From Amphiscolops sp. MND2022 (Eukaryota): a DNA stretch of 64,000 bases. Made by a program: the position numbers and the translations under genes. Of this stretch, positions 22,001 to 35,800 are shown piece by piece. The notes under the pieces were generated by a model. That model was not told where the DNA came from, did no database searches, and saw only the letters and a program-made list of their open reading frames with translations. Location of the stretch: the NCBI GenBank assembly GCA_964187785.1, contig OZ076409.1, positions 71,116,001 through 71,180,000 on the forward strand. Reading direction: 5' to 3'. How positions within the stretch are numbered: position 1 is the stretch's first letter; the number at the start of each line of letters is the position of its first letter.

Positions 22001-25000
22001 GACCGGAAATGACCGTTATGTGGGTAAAATTGCAATTTTTATACTTTTTCAAGTGTATTTAGGTGCGGAAGGAGTGGTAATAGGTGCTTGGACACTATAT
22101 GAGGTAAGGGAGGACGTGAGGCGAGCATTCGGAAATAACCGCTATGTTGACCCTAAAGTCCCCCTGGTACCGTAAACGACCGGAAATGGTCAAATTTTGT
22201 GTCTATTGGGTACAAATGTTTAGTATTTTGTAGATAAAAGTATCTATTAGGTGTTTCGACGGCCTGCAATAGTGAACATAGTCATGAAACCTTGTGGGGG
22301 GTAACGGGGTATATAGCACCGGAAGTCCAAACCGTTGGACACAGGATAGGTTTTTGGTTTGAAAATGTCTTTCGGCGTACTTTTGTCGACTATTATGGAC
22401 TATTATTAAAAATTAAAGTTTTTCCATATAGTTTCAGAGACTCCGAAATCTCAACCAACATAACCGTTACACTTTGATAGCCTTTCAAGTTGGCCTGGTG
22501 TCAACTTGGAAGCGCTATCCTTCTGAAATCGTTAATCAATAGTGTTTTTGGGTAGGTATATATTGCATTAGTACCAATTAGAGCTTCATCAACAGTGTAT
22601 CAACGACAAAAACTATGCCGTCATGATTCCGTTATTAGAATCATAGTGAGCAAATAGTTGAAAAAAATGGTTTTTTCCATACAAAATGTGTCCTAAATGC
22701 CAGGAAACCTATTTACCTAACAAATGGTATTAATTGGAATGTATGTAACAGATTTATAAAAGTTCAAATTGAATATTACATTTCATTATGGAAGCTGAAA
22801 CGTTATATTTTAGTTTGATTAACGTCCACGCCACATACTTTACATCAACGCCCACCGTCTGTGGGCATGCCGAGGCATGCCCTTCGACGACATATACCAA
22901 ATACATACCTAACGACGCCCGTACATCCCGGGCTAGGTGCGGGGGGGAAACCCCAACAAAATTTTTGGAGGATTCGGGTAGGGTCCTGAATCCGAGTTCA
23001 GTGCTGCCAGCTTTCGTTAAGAAAATTTGGATAGGATTCGGGATCTCGTGATCTAACCATAGGATTTTAAAGTTGGAGCGGCCCCCACCAGATTTTCCGA
23101 AAATTAGCGCCCCCCACCGGGTTCCATACCCCGGAAAATTTTTTTCTGGCCACACGGGCGACCGTTAGGGGGTCATTTTAGGGGTAAAATTCATATTGGG
23201 CCACATAACTTTTTTTCTGTTGATTTAAAACTTTGGGACCCTGCTAAAAGTTTCTTGACCGTGTTGCAGGGGCCCCGGAGGTCCAAACTAAATTTTTCTA
23301 TCTTGAAGCTATCTCCAAGTACCCCCCCGCCCAAAACGTTATTTTTCCGGAAACGCAGGTTTTTGACCCGGAAGGAGTCGTCGGAGCGCGGGGTCGTTAG
23401 GTGATGTATTGGGGACGGCCTTGAGACGAAGCGGGGGACATGCAGTTTGCCAACCCCAGTTTACCCCCCGGACGGGAAATGACCGTTATATGAGCGGGAA
23501 AAATGCCCCCTTCCACGTTTTACCGCTATTTCCGGTGTGAAGGAGTGGGAGTAGCGCGTCGGGTGCCATATATCAAAAGTAGGTTTAGACAAGGACCTAT
23601 CGGAAACATGTGGTTTGGGACCCCCTGGACCAACCCGTTAGCGGGAAATGGGGCTTCCGCCTCCTTTTTTTACTGCTAAAACCGTAAAATGGGCATTGAG
23701 GGGTAAATATCTCGTGAACGCGTGGAGCAATCATGTCCATCACTACTACAAGGTTTCATACCCATGATATGGTGCCTTCAGGGGGGCAAACAGATTTCCG
23801 CTATCTATCACCGTTACCGACTTGGCCCCCCAGCCTAACCGCTATGTGACCGGAAATGTCACTTTTTGAGCCCAAAGGGTCGGTCCCAGCCGGGGAACGT
23901 TAGGTAACTTATTGTAGTACTCAATGAGACGAGTTGGGGGATATAGTTTCAGTCAACCCCCGTTACCCCTTGGGACCGGAAATGACCGTTATGTGGGTAA
24001 AATTGCAATTTTTATACTCTTTGAAGTGTATTTAGGTGCGGAAGGAGTGGTAATAGGTGCTTGGACACTATATGATGTAATGGAGGTCGTGAGGGGAGCA
24101 TTCGGAAATAACCGTTATGTTGACCCCAAAGTCCCCCTGGTACCGTTAACGACCGGAAATGGCCAAATTTTGTGTCTATTGGGTACAAATGTTTGGTATT
24201 TTATGGATAAAAGTACCTGGAAGGTGTTTTAAAGGCCTCCAGAAGTGAACATAGTCATGAAACCTTGTGGGGGGTAACGGTATATAGCACCGGAAGTCCA
24301 AACCGTTGGTCACAGAATAGGTTTTTTGGTTTCAAAATGTCTTTAGGCATAGTTTTGTGGGTTGAATCGTCATAATATCAACTAATACGGACTTTTTTCG
24401 GAAATAAAATTTTTTCGCATTAGTTTCAGGGACCTCCAATGCTTCAGTCAACATAACCGTTACATTTTGATAGCCTTTCAAGTTGACCTGGTGTCAACTT
24501 GGAAGGGCTATCCTTCTAAAATCGTTAATCAAGAGTGTTTTTGGGTAGGTATATGTTGCATTAGTACCAATTAGAGCTTCATCAACAGTTTGCCAACGGC
24601 AAAAACGATGTCGTGATAATTCCGTTATAAAAATATTAGTTAACAAATTGTTTTCAAAGTTGATTTTTTCCATTAAAAATGTGTCCTAATGCCACCAAAT
24701 TGAATAAAATAATAAATGGTATTGACTAAAACTAAATAACAATGAAAAAGAAGATCAACATTTTTATTAGGTCTCATTATGGAAGCTGAAACCTCACGTT
24801 TTAGTTTAATTAACGTCAACGCCACATACTTTACATCAACGCCCACCGTCTGTGGGCATGCCGAGGCATGCCCTTCGACGACGTATACCAAACAACCTCC
24901 ATATCTACACCCACCCGCGGTAGCAGCTAGGTGCGGGGGGGAAACCCCTTCCTTTATCTTGGAGGATTCGGGTAGGGTCCTGAATCCGAGTTCAGTGCCG

Positions 25001-28000
25001 CCAGCTCTCAGTAGAAATCTGGGAAATTTTTTGCGATCTCGTGATCTAACCATAGGATTTTAAAGTTGGAGCGGCCCCCACCAGATTTTCCAAAGTTATT
25101 CGCCCCCCACCGGGTTCCAGCGTGATTGAAATATTTTGTCGGGGTACACGGGCGACCGTTAGGGGTCATTTTAGGGGTAAAATTCATATTGGGCAACATA
25201 ACTTTTTTTCTGTTGATTTAAAACTTTAGGACCCTGCTAAAAGTTTCTTGACCATGTTGCAGGGGCCCCGGAGGTCCAAACCAAATTTTTCTATCTTGAA
25301 GCTATCTCCAAGTACCCCCCCGCCCAAACCGTTATTTTTCCGGAAACGCCGGTTTTTGACCCGGAAGGAGTCGTCTGAGCGCGGGGTCGTTAGGTGATGT
25401 ATTGGGGACGGCCTTGAGACGAAGCGGGGGACATGTAGTTTGCCGACCCCAGTTTACCCCCCGCACGGGAAATGACCGTTATATGAGCGGGAAAAATGCC
25501 CCCTCCACGTTTTACCGCTATTTCCGGTGTGAAGGAGTGGGAGTAGCGCGTCGGGTGTTATATAACAAAAGTAGGTTTAGACAAGGACCTATCGGAAAAA
25601 TGTAGTTTGGGACCCCCTGGACCAACCCGTTAGCGGGAAATGGGGCTTCCGCCTCCTTTTTTTACTGCTAAAACCGTAAAATGGGCATTGAGGGGTAAAT
25701 ATCTCGTGAACGCGTGGAGCTACAGTGTCCATCACTACTACAAGGTTTCATACCCATGATATGGTGCCTTCAGGGGGGCAAACAGATTTCCGCTATCTAT
25801 CACCGTTACCGACTTGGCCCCCCAGCCTAACCGCTATGTGACCGGAAATGTCACTTTTTGAGCCCAAAGGGTCGGTCCCAGCCGGGGAACGTTAGGTAAC
25901 TTATTGTAGTACTCAATGAGACGAGTTGGGGGATATAGTTTCAGTCACCCCCCGTTACCCCTTGGGACCGGAAATGACCGTTATGTGGGTAAAATTGCAA
26001 TTTTTATACTTTTTCAAGTGTATTTAGGTGCGGAAGGAGTGGTAATAGGTGCTTGGACACTATATGAGGTATGGGAGGACGTAAGGCGAGCATTCGGAAA
26101 TAACCGTTATGTTGACCCTAAAGTCCCCCTGGTACCGTAAACTACCGGAAATGGTCAAATTTTGTGTCTATTGGGTACAAATGTTTAGTATTTTGTAGAT
26201 AAAAGTATCTATTAGGTGTTTCGACGGTCTGCAATAGTGAACATAGTCATGAAACCTTGTGGGGGGTAACGGGGTATATAGCACCGGAAGTCCAAACCGT
26301 TGGACACAGGATAGGTTTTTGGTTTGAAAATGTCTTTCGGCGTACTTTTGTCGACTATTATGGACTATTATTAAAAATTAAAGTTTTTCCATATAGTTTC
26401 AGAGACTCCGAAACCTCAACCAACATAACCGTTACATTTTGATAGCCTTTCAAGTTGGCCTGGTGTCAACTTGGAAGCGCTATCCTTCTGAAATCGTTAA
26501 TCAAGAGTGTTTTTGGGTAGGTATATATTGCATTAGTACCAATTAGAGCTTCATCAACAGTGTATCAACGACAAAAACTATGCCGTCAGGATTCCGTTAT
26601 TAGAATCATAGTGAGCAAATTGTTGAAAAAAATGGTTTTTTCCATACAAAATGTGTCCTAAATGCCAGGAAACCTATTTACTTAAAAAATGGTATTGATT
26701 GGAATGTATGTAACATATTTATAAAAGTTCAAATTGATTATTACGTTTCATTATGGAAACTGAAACGTAATATTTTAGTTCAATTACCGTCAACGCCACA
26801 CACTTTACATCAACGCCCACCGTCTGTGGGCATGCCGAGGCATGCCCTTCGACGACGTATACCAAATACATACCCAAACGACGCCCGTACATCCCGGGCT
26901 AGGTGCGGGGGGGAAACCCCATCCCTTATCTTGGAGGATTCGGGTAGGGTCCTGAATCCGAGTTCAGTGCCGCCAGCTCTCAGTAGAAATCTGGGAATTT
27001 TTTTGCGATCTCGTGATCTAACCATAGGATTTTAAAGTTGGAGCGGCCCCCACCAGATTTTCCAAAGTTATTCGCCCCCCACCGGGTTCCAGCGTGATTG
27101 AAATATTCTGACGGGGTACACGGGCGACCGTTAGGGGTCATTTTAGGGGTAAAATTTATATAATGTCGCTTAACTTTTTTCCTGTTGGATTAAAACTTTG
27201 GGACCCTGCTAAAAGTTTCTTGACCGTGTTGCAGGGGCCCCGGAGGTCCAAACCAAATTTTTCTATCTTGAAGCTATCTCCAAGTACCCCCCCGCCCAAA
27301 CCGTTATTTTTCCGGAAATGCCGGTTTTTGACCCGGAAGGAGTCGTCTGAGCGCGGGATCGTTAGGTGATGTTTTGGGGACGGCCTCGAGACGAAGCGGG
27401 GGATATATAGTTTGCCGACCCCAGTTTACCCCCCGCACGGGAAATGACCGTTATATGAGCGGGAAAAATGCCCCCCTCCACGTTTTACCGCTATTTCCGG
27501 TGTGAAGGCGTGGGAGTAGCGCGTCGGGTGTTATATAACAAAAGTAGGTTTAGACAAGGACCTATCGGAAACATGTAGTTTGGGACCCCCTGGTCCAACC
27601 CGTTAGCGGGAAATGGGGCTTCCGCCTCCTTTTTTTACTGCTAAAACCGTAAAATGGGCATTGAGGGGTAAATATCTCGTGAACGCGTGGAGCAATCGTG
27701 TCCATCACTACTACAAGGTTTCATACCCATGATATGGTGCCTTCAGGGGGGCACACAGATTTCCGCTATCTATCACCGTTACCGACTTGGCCCCCCAGCC
27801 TAACCGCTATGTGACCGGAAATGTCACTTTTTGAGCCCAAAGGGTCGGTCCCAGCCGGGGAACGTTAGGTAACTTATTGTAGTGCTAATTGAGACGAGTT
27901 GGGGGATATAGTTTCAGTCACCCCCCGTTACCCCTTGGGACCGGAAATGACCGTTATGTGGGTAAAATTGCAATTTTTAAACTTTTTCAAGTGTATTTAG

Positions 28001-31000
28001 GTGCGGAAGGAGTGGTAATAGGTGCTTGGACACCATATGATGTAATGGAGGTCGAGAGGAGAGCATTCGGAAGTAACCGTTACGTTGACCCCAAAGTCCT
28101 CCTGGTACCGTTAACGAACGGAAATGGCCAAATTTTGTGTTTATAGGGTACAAATGTTTGGTATTTTATGGATAAAAGTACCTGGAAGGTGTTTTAAAGG
28201 CCTTCAGAAGTGAACATAGTCATGAAACCTTGTGGGGGGTAACGGTATATAGCACCGGAAGTCCAAACCGTTGGTTACAGAATAGGTTTTTTGGTTTCAA
28301 AATGTCTTTAGGCGTAGTTTTGTGGGTTGAATCGTCATAATATCAACTAATACGGACTTTTTTCGGAAATAAAATTTTTTCACATTAGTTTCAGGGACCT
28401 CCAATGCTTCAGTCAACATAACCGTTACATTTTGATAGCCTTTCAAGTTGGCCTGGTGTCAACTTGGAAGAGCTATCCTTCTAAAATCGTTAATCAAGAG
28501 TGTTTTCGGGTAGGTATATGTTGCATTAGTACCAATTAGAGCTTCATCAACAGTTTGCCAACGGCAAAAACGATGTCGTGATAATTCCGTTATAAGAATA
28601 TTAGTTAACAAATTGTTTACAAAGTTGATTTTTTCAATGTAAAATGTGTCCTGATTCCACCAAATTGAATAAAATAATAAATGGTATTGACTAAAACTAA
28701 ATAACAATGAAAAAGAAGATCAACATTTTAATAGGTCTCGTTATGGAAGCTGAAACCTCATATTATAGATTCATTAACGTCAACGCCACATACTTTACAT
28801 CAACGCCCACCGTCCGTAGGCATGCCGAGGCATGCCTTTCGACGACGTATACCAAATTCCACCCACACAACACCCTCGAGCGCGGTAGCAGCTAGGTGCG
28901 GGGGGGTAACCCCTACAAAGATATTGGAGGATTCGGGTAGGGTCCTGAATCCGAGTTCAGTGCTGCCAGCTATCGTTAAGGGATTTTAGAAAATTTTGCC
29001 GATCTCGTGATCTAACCGTAGGATTTTAAAGTTGGAGCGGCCCCCACCAGATTTTCCAAAGTTATTCGCCCCCCACCGGGTTCCAGCGTGATTGAAATAT
29101 TTTGACGGGGTACACGGGCGACCGTTAGGGGTCATTTTGGGGGTAAAATTTATATCCGGTCGCATAACTTTTTTCCTGTTGGTTTAAAACTTTGGGACCC
29201 TGCTAAAAGTTTCTTGACCGTGTTGCAGGGGCCCCGGAGGTCCAAACCAAATTTTTCTATCTTGAAGCTATCTCCAAGTACCCCCCCGCCCAAAACGTTA
29301 TTTTTCCGGAAACGCAGGTTTTTGACCCGGAAGGAGTCGTCGGAGCGCGGGGTCGTTAGGTGATGTATTGGGGACGGCCTTGAGACGAAGTGGGGGACAT
29401 GCAGTTTGCCAACCCCAGTTTACCCCCCGGACGGGAAATGACCGTTATATGAGCGGGAAAAATGCCCCCCTCCACGTTTTACCGCTATTTCCGGTGTGAA
29501 GGAGTGGGAGTAGCGCGTCGGGTGCCATATATCAAAAGTAGGTTTAGACAAGGACCTGTCGGAAACATGTGGTTTGGGACCCCCTGGTCCAACCCGTTAG
29601 CGGGAAATGGGGCTTCCGCCTCCTTTTTTTACTGCTAAAACCGTAAAATGGGCATTGAGGGGTAAATATCTCGTGAACGCGTGGAGCAATCGTGTCCATC
29701 ACTACTACAAGGTTTCATACCCATGATATGGTGCCTTCAGGGGGGCAAACAGATTTCCGCTATCTATCACCGTTACCGACTTGGCCCCCCAGCCTAACCG
29801 CTATGTGACCGGAAATGTCACTTTTTGAGCCCAAAGGGTCGGTCCCAGCAGGGGAACGTTAGATAACTTATTGTAGTACTCAATGAGACGAGTTGGGGTA
29901 TATAGTTTCAGTCACCCCCCGTTACCCCTTGGGACCGGAAATGACCGTTATGTGGGTTAAATTGCAATTTTTGTACTTTTTGAAGGGCATTTAGGTGCGG
30001 AAGGAGTGGTAATAGGTGCTTGGACACTATATGATGTAAGGCAGTTCGTGAGGCGAGCATTCGAAATTAACCGTTATGTTACCCTAAACTCCCCCTGGCA
30101 CCGTAAATGACCGGAAATGGACTAATTTTGTATTTTTAGGGTACAAATGTTTGGTATTTTATGGAATAAAGTACATGGAAGGTGTTTCAAAGGCATCCAG
30201 AAATGAACATAGTCATGAAACCTTGAGGGGGGTAACGGTATATAACACCGGAAGTCCAAGCCGTTGGACACAGTATAGGTTTTTTGGTTTTAAAATGCTT
30301 ATGAACGTACACTTGTGGGTTGAATTGTTCTAATATTGACTATTTTCGATATTTTTTGACATTAAAGGTTTTTCCAATAGTTTCAGGGACCTCCAAAGCT
30401 TCAATCAACATAACCTTTACATTATGATAGCCTTTCAAGTTGGCCTGGTGTCAACTTGGAAGGGCTATCCTTCACAAATCGTATATCAAGTGTGTTTTTG
30501 AGTAGGTTTTTATCACTTTAGTATCAATTAGAGCTTAATCATTAGTTTGCCAACGACAAAAACCATGTCGTGATGATTCCGTCAGTAGAAGAATAGTTAA
30601 CAACTTGTTGACAAAGTTGATTTTTTGCATTTAAAATGTTTCCTAAATGCCAGGAAAACGATTTACGTTATAAATGGTACTGATTGACCCAAATAACAGT
30701 TAAAAAAAGTAAAACATTATTTTTTCGTTTCATTATAGAAGCTGAAACCTCACGTTTTAACTTAATTAACGTCAACGCCACATACTTTACATCAACGCCC
30801 ACCGTCTGTGGGCATGCCGAGGCATGCCCTTCGACGACGTATACCAAAATCCAATATATCTACACCCAATTGCGGTAGCGGCTAGGTGCGGGGGGGTAAC
30901 CCCTACAAAGATATTGGAGGATTCGGGTAGGGTCCTGAATCCGATTTTAACTCTAATAGCTATCGATAGGAAATCTTGCAAAAATTTCGGGATCTCGTGA

Positions 31001-32859
31001 TCTAACCATAGGATTTTAAAGTTGGAGCGGCCCCCACCAGATTTTCCAAAGTTATTCGCCCCCCACCGGGTTCCAGCGTGATTGAAATATTTTGACGGGG
31101 TACACGGGCGACCGTTAGGGGTCATTTTGGGGGTAAAATTTATATCCGGTCGCATAACTTTTTTCCTGTTGGTTTAAAACTTTGGGACCCTGCTAAAAGT
31201 TTCTTGACCGTGTTGCAGTGGCTCCGGAGGTCCAAACCAAATTTTTCTATCTTGAAGCTATCTCCAAGTACCCCCCCGCCCAAACCGTTATTTTTCCGGA
31301 AACGCAGGTTTTTGACCCGGAAGGAGTCGTCTGAGCGCGGGGTCGTTAGGTGATGTATTGGGGACGGCCTTGAGACGAAGCGGGGGACATGTAGTTTGCC
31401 GACCCCTGTTTACCCCCCGGACGGGAAATGACCGTTATTTGAGCGGGAAAAATGCCCCCCTCCACGTTTTACCGCTATTTCCGGTGTGAAGGAGTAGGCG
31501 TAGCGCGTCGGGTGTTATATAACAAAAGTAGGTTTAGACAAGGACCTATCGGAAACATGTAGTTTGGGACCCCCTGGACCAACCCGTTAGCGGGAAATGG
31601 GGCTTCCGCCTCCTTTTTTTACTGCTAAAACCGTAAAATGGGCATTGAGGTGTAAATATCTCGTGAACGCGTGGAGCTACGGTGTCCATCACTACTACAA
31701 GGTTTCATACCCATGATATGGTGCCTTCAGGGGGGCAAACAGATTTCCGCTATCTATCACCGTTACCGACTTGGCCCCCCAGCCTAACCGCTATGTGACC
31801 GGAATTGTCACTTTTTGAGCCCAAAGGGTCGGTCCCAGCCGGGGAACGTTAGGTAACTTATTGTAGTACTCAATGAGACGAGTTGGGGGATATAGTTTCA
31901 GTCACCCCCCGTTACCCCTTGGGACCGGAAATGACCGTTATGTGGGTAAAATTGCAATTTTTATACTTTTAAGTGTATTTAGGTGCGGAAGGAGTGGTAA
32001 TAGGTGCTTGGACACTATATGAGGTAAGGGAGGACGTGAGGCGAGCATTCGGAAATAACCGTTATATTGACCCTAAAGTCCCCCTGGTACCGTAAACGAC
32101 CGGAAATGGTCAAATTTTGTGTCTATTGGGTACAAATGTTTAGTATTTTGTAGATAAAAGTATCTATTAGGTGTTTCGACGGTCTGCAATAGTGAACATA
32201 GTCATGAAACCTTGTGGGGGGTAACGGGGTATATAGCACCGGAAGTCCAAACCGTTGGACACAGGATAGGTTTTTGGTTTGAAAATGTCTTTCGGCGTAC
32301 TTTTGTCGACTATTATGGACTATTATTAAAAATTAAAGTTTTTCCATATAGTTTCAGAGACTCCGAAACCTCAACCAACATAACCGTTACATTTTGATAG
32401 CCTTTCAAGTTGGCCTGGTGTCAACTTGGAAGCGCTATCCTTCTGAAATCGTTAATCAAGAGTGTTTTTGGGTAGGTATATATTGCATTAGTACCAATTA
32501 GAGCTTCATCAATAGTGTATCAACGACAAAAACTATGCCGTCATGATTCCGTTATTAGAATCATAGTGAGCAAATTGTTGAAAAAAATGGTTTTTTCCAT
32601 ACAAAATGTGTCCTAAATGCCAGGAAACCTATTTACCTAACAAATGGTATTAATTGGAATGTATGTAACAGATTTATAAAAGTTCAAATTGAATATTACA
32701 TTTCATTATGGAAGCTGAAACGTCATATTTTAGTTTAATTAACGTCAACGCCACACACTTTACATCAACGCACACCGTCTGTGGGCATGCCGAGGCATGC
32801 CCTTCGACGACGTATGACAAATCCATATCAAACGACGCCCGTACATCCCGGGCTAGGTG
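13039..32859 (+). repeat. Run of 10 class A units, mostly alternating short (~1972 bp) and long (~1993 bp) subtypes
   Basis: Unit lengths from the junctions: 1971, 1994, 1971, 1992, 1973, 1994, 1972, 1993, 1990, 1971. Confidence 0.95.
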
Positions 32860-35800
32860 GTCAGTGCTGTTGCGTTCATTTTTTTCCGGCCGTGGGGGAG
32901 GGCCCCTCTGAGGCCGGTCATTTTTCAGGTAACAGCTTTCTTATACAAAAAAGCGGGAAAAAACCTCAGTGCTCAAATCCCAACCGTCAGAATGAGCTGA
33001 AATTTGACATGTAGCTAGTGCATTGCAAATGATTAGGATGGGTTATAACGCTATGTTTGGCAAAATTGGTTTTGTTGCGTTTTTTTGTCATATAGGGCTA
33101 AAAATGGCCTTTTTTGCGTATTTTTTGCTTGACAAGCTAATAACTCGCGTTGGGTTGATACTAGCGATACAGGTGTGGGGTATGGAATTGTAAGATTACC
33201 AAGTACCTTGCTGATGACGTTATTTGATTTCCGCTCACATCACCCCACACGCCGGAAATGCCCAATTTGTCACTTCCGGTCGCAATTTTTGACTTTTTTG
33301 GATGGAGTCAAAGCCCATTTCCGATGTGAAGGAGTGGGTTGAGCGCTCTGACCACGATATACTAAAAGTAGGTTTAGACAAAGTCCTTTCAAGAAAAAAG
33401 TAATGTGAGCCCGCACCTATCACCCCCTCACCGGAAATAGGGGTCACGCCTCCTTTTTCTGTGTTGCAAAAGTGACATGTGCACATTTGTCCAACTCCGA
33501 AGCCCCGGAGCACCGTGGGACCCTTATACTTTCTAAACACCAATCCCACACGCTACCGGAAGTGACCGGAAGTTTCACCGGAAATGACATCCTTGGACCG
33601 GAAATGGTCAAAAAATGACTTTTCAATGCAAAATAGACACATTTGGTGCGATTTTTAGGCAAAAAGCATAGTTCGTGAAACGCTTGTTGCAGTTGGAAGG
33701 GCCATTGTTCAGCAAGAATGCGTACAGCATTACGTAGCACATCAAGTAGTTGATACTTTTTCGTCCATAATATCCTTAGGACCGGAAATGGCCATTTTTG
33801 AATCGGAAACTTCTTCAGCTTGATTTTTAACAGGTTTTTCCGCAATATTAGCGTAGGAATTGCTCGTCGGATGCTGTAGGTCTATTTTAAAACTAGCTAA
33901 CTGCTTCTTAGAAATGTATTTCAGAAGTCCCAACCAATTCCAGAATACCGGAAATAAGAGTAATTGCCTCCTTTATGACCTTTGAATAATAAATTGTTAA
34001 AATCCGCAAATTATTTCATTCCACAACTGTTGCTCAGGTTATATCTAAGCAATAACATGTGCTTGTCATGAAGTGCTGTAATGTGGGAGTTACGAATATT
34101 GCTATTTAAGAGTATTACATACGTGAATATCCGCCGTAATAAAGATTTTTAAAACAACCACTTTTGAAGTCCTATAGATTGTCCGCACACCCGAAACAAT
34201 TCAAGTTTCTAGTTTCGATTTTAAGGCTTCCGCGACTATTTAGTTGAGATGATAGTTTTCACGTTCTCTGCAAAACGTGCATTTCATTGTGTTTTTGACA
34301 TTTATTGGGCTGTTTCACATTGTAATTCAAAACTAATTGATCATACAATTTGGAACAATTGAAAATTTTCAATTGAACATTAAATGTTTTAATAGTTTCT
34401 CTTTCGTTGAAGATACTATTTTGTGGCCATTAGAACAGGTTGAATTAGTTGAATAAGTAGCCAGTGCGATACATCGTTTAATACATAGCGTTTGACATCG
34501 GTTTTTTTGCGAACAAAGACAAGCATGATTTGTTGGAAGTTTTTACCATATCGCTTCAAATCGATCGTGACAAACAATGAATTTCTCGTTTTAATTGCTA
34601 CTTCGAAAGCAGCCTGAAAACGCAAATCGATCTATTGAGTTATGGAGATGCAACTAAGCATTTCAAGTCTGGGTTTCAATTTAATTCTATCACTCCGGAC
34701 TATTTTTATGTCGCAAAAGTGATAAAGGGTGTTAGCAAGGTTAAAAACATCGAACAATTTTAAAAATAATGCCTCCGGAAAGGGAAGAAAAATGAGTTTT
34801 CCTGTCAAAACAATGATAACCACGTACGAAACATCAAGTATTTGTATTGTTCAATAGTCCAAAACATGAATGAAGTTTTTAAATATCCAAGAGTTTCTAA
34901 TCAAGCATGCGTTTCAAATGTCTGACAGGGCAGCATCGTTCTCAAAAAACATTGCTTTCAATGTGGTTTGATACCAGCAAAACGAACGTAGGCACAACCA
35001 GATTCTCAAATTTCTTGCAAAACAGCCGATTTCTTTGAAAATCCTAATTGATTTCACAGGGTATATGGTGAAACCCTGTTGGATTCCAAAAATGAAAAGC
35101 TGATTTCTTGGGTTTGCGAGATAAAAGACAACGGGAATCTGAAAGCAAGTCATCTCAATAAAATACCTGTTGCTCTTTAAACAAATGGACTTTAGTAGTC
35201 GAAATTTTTTCTCAGACACTTTCGATCAGAGAATGTTTGAGTCCTAACGTTCGAATCAGGTTGGTTTCAGGTGGCTCGAAGTGCCAGCTGAACCAACCTT
35301 TCAAATAAAGAAAAACCCCACATCTCCCTTCATGCCACGCTACCCCGTATAGCGTTTCAACTTGACAGAAGTTGGAACGTTTGATTTTGGCGTCGCTTGG
35401 GATTGACACACCAGTGTTGATACTAAATTTGGCAAAGAGAAATCGCAGAAATGATTGTTTCTTTTTTTCCCTTTGATTTAGTCTGTCGAGCGTACAAAGC
35501 AGTTTGGGAAACTAACTTGCATTTCCACTGAACGAAAAAAAGTAGTAGCCTTGCAAACTCCTGGAAGAAATTGAATCAGGTTTTCCTATTTGTGAGATCA
35601 GCTGTCACTCAATTATCAATTACTTTTTTAAAAATTTTTAGGAACAACTAACCTAACTCTGCTCGACTCTCTTGAATAATGCAACAATCGTTTACTGATC
35701 TGTACTCGTGAGAAAAAAATCAACTGCAGGTCCAAAAACAATCTATATATCTTTGGTTTATTCCGTGCAAAGCTTTTTTTCACACCATGTGACTCAACTA

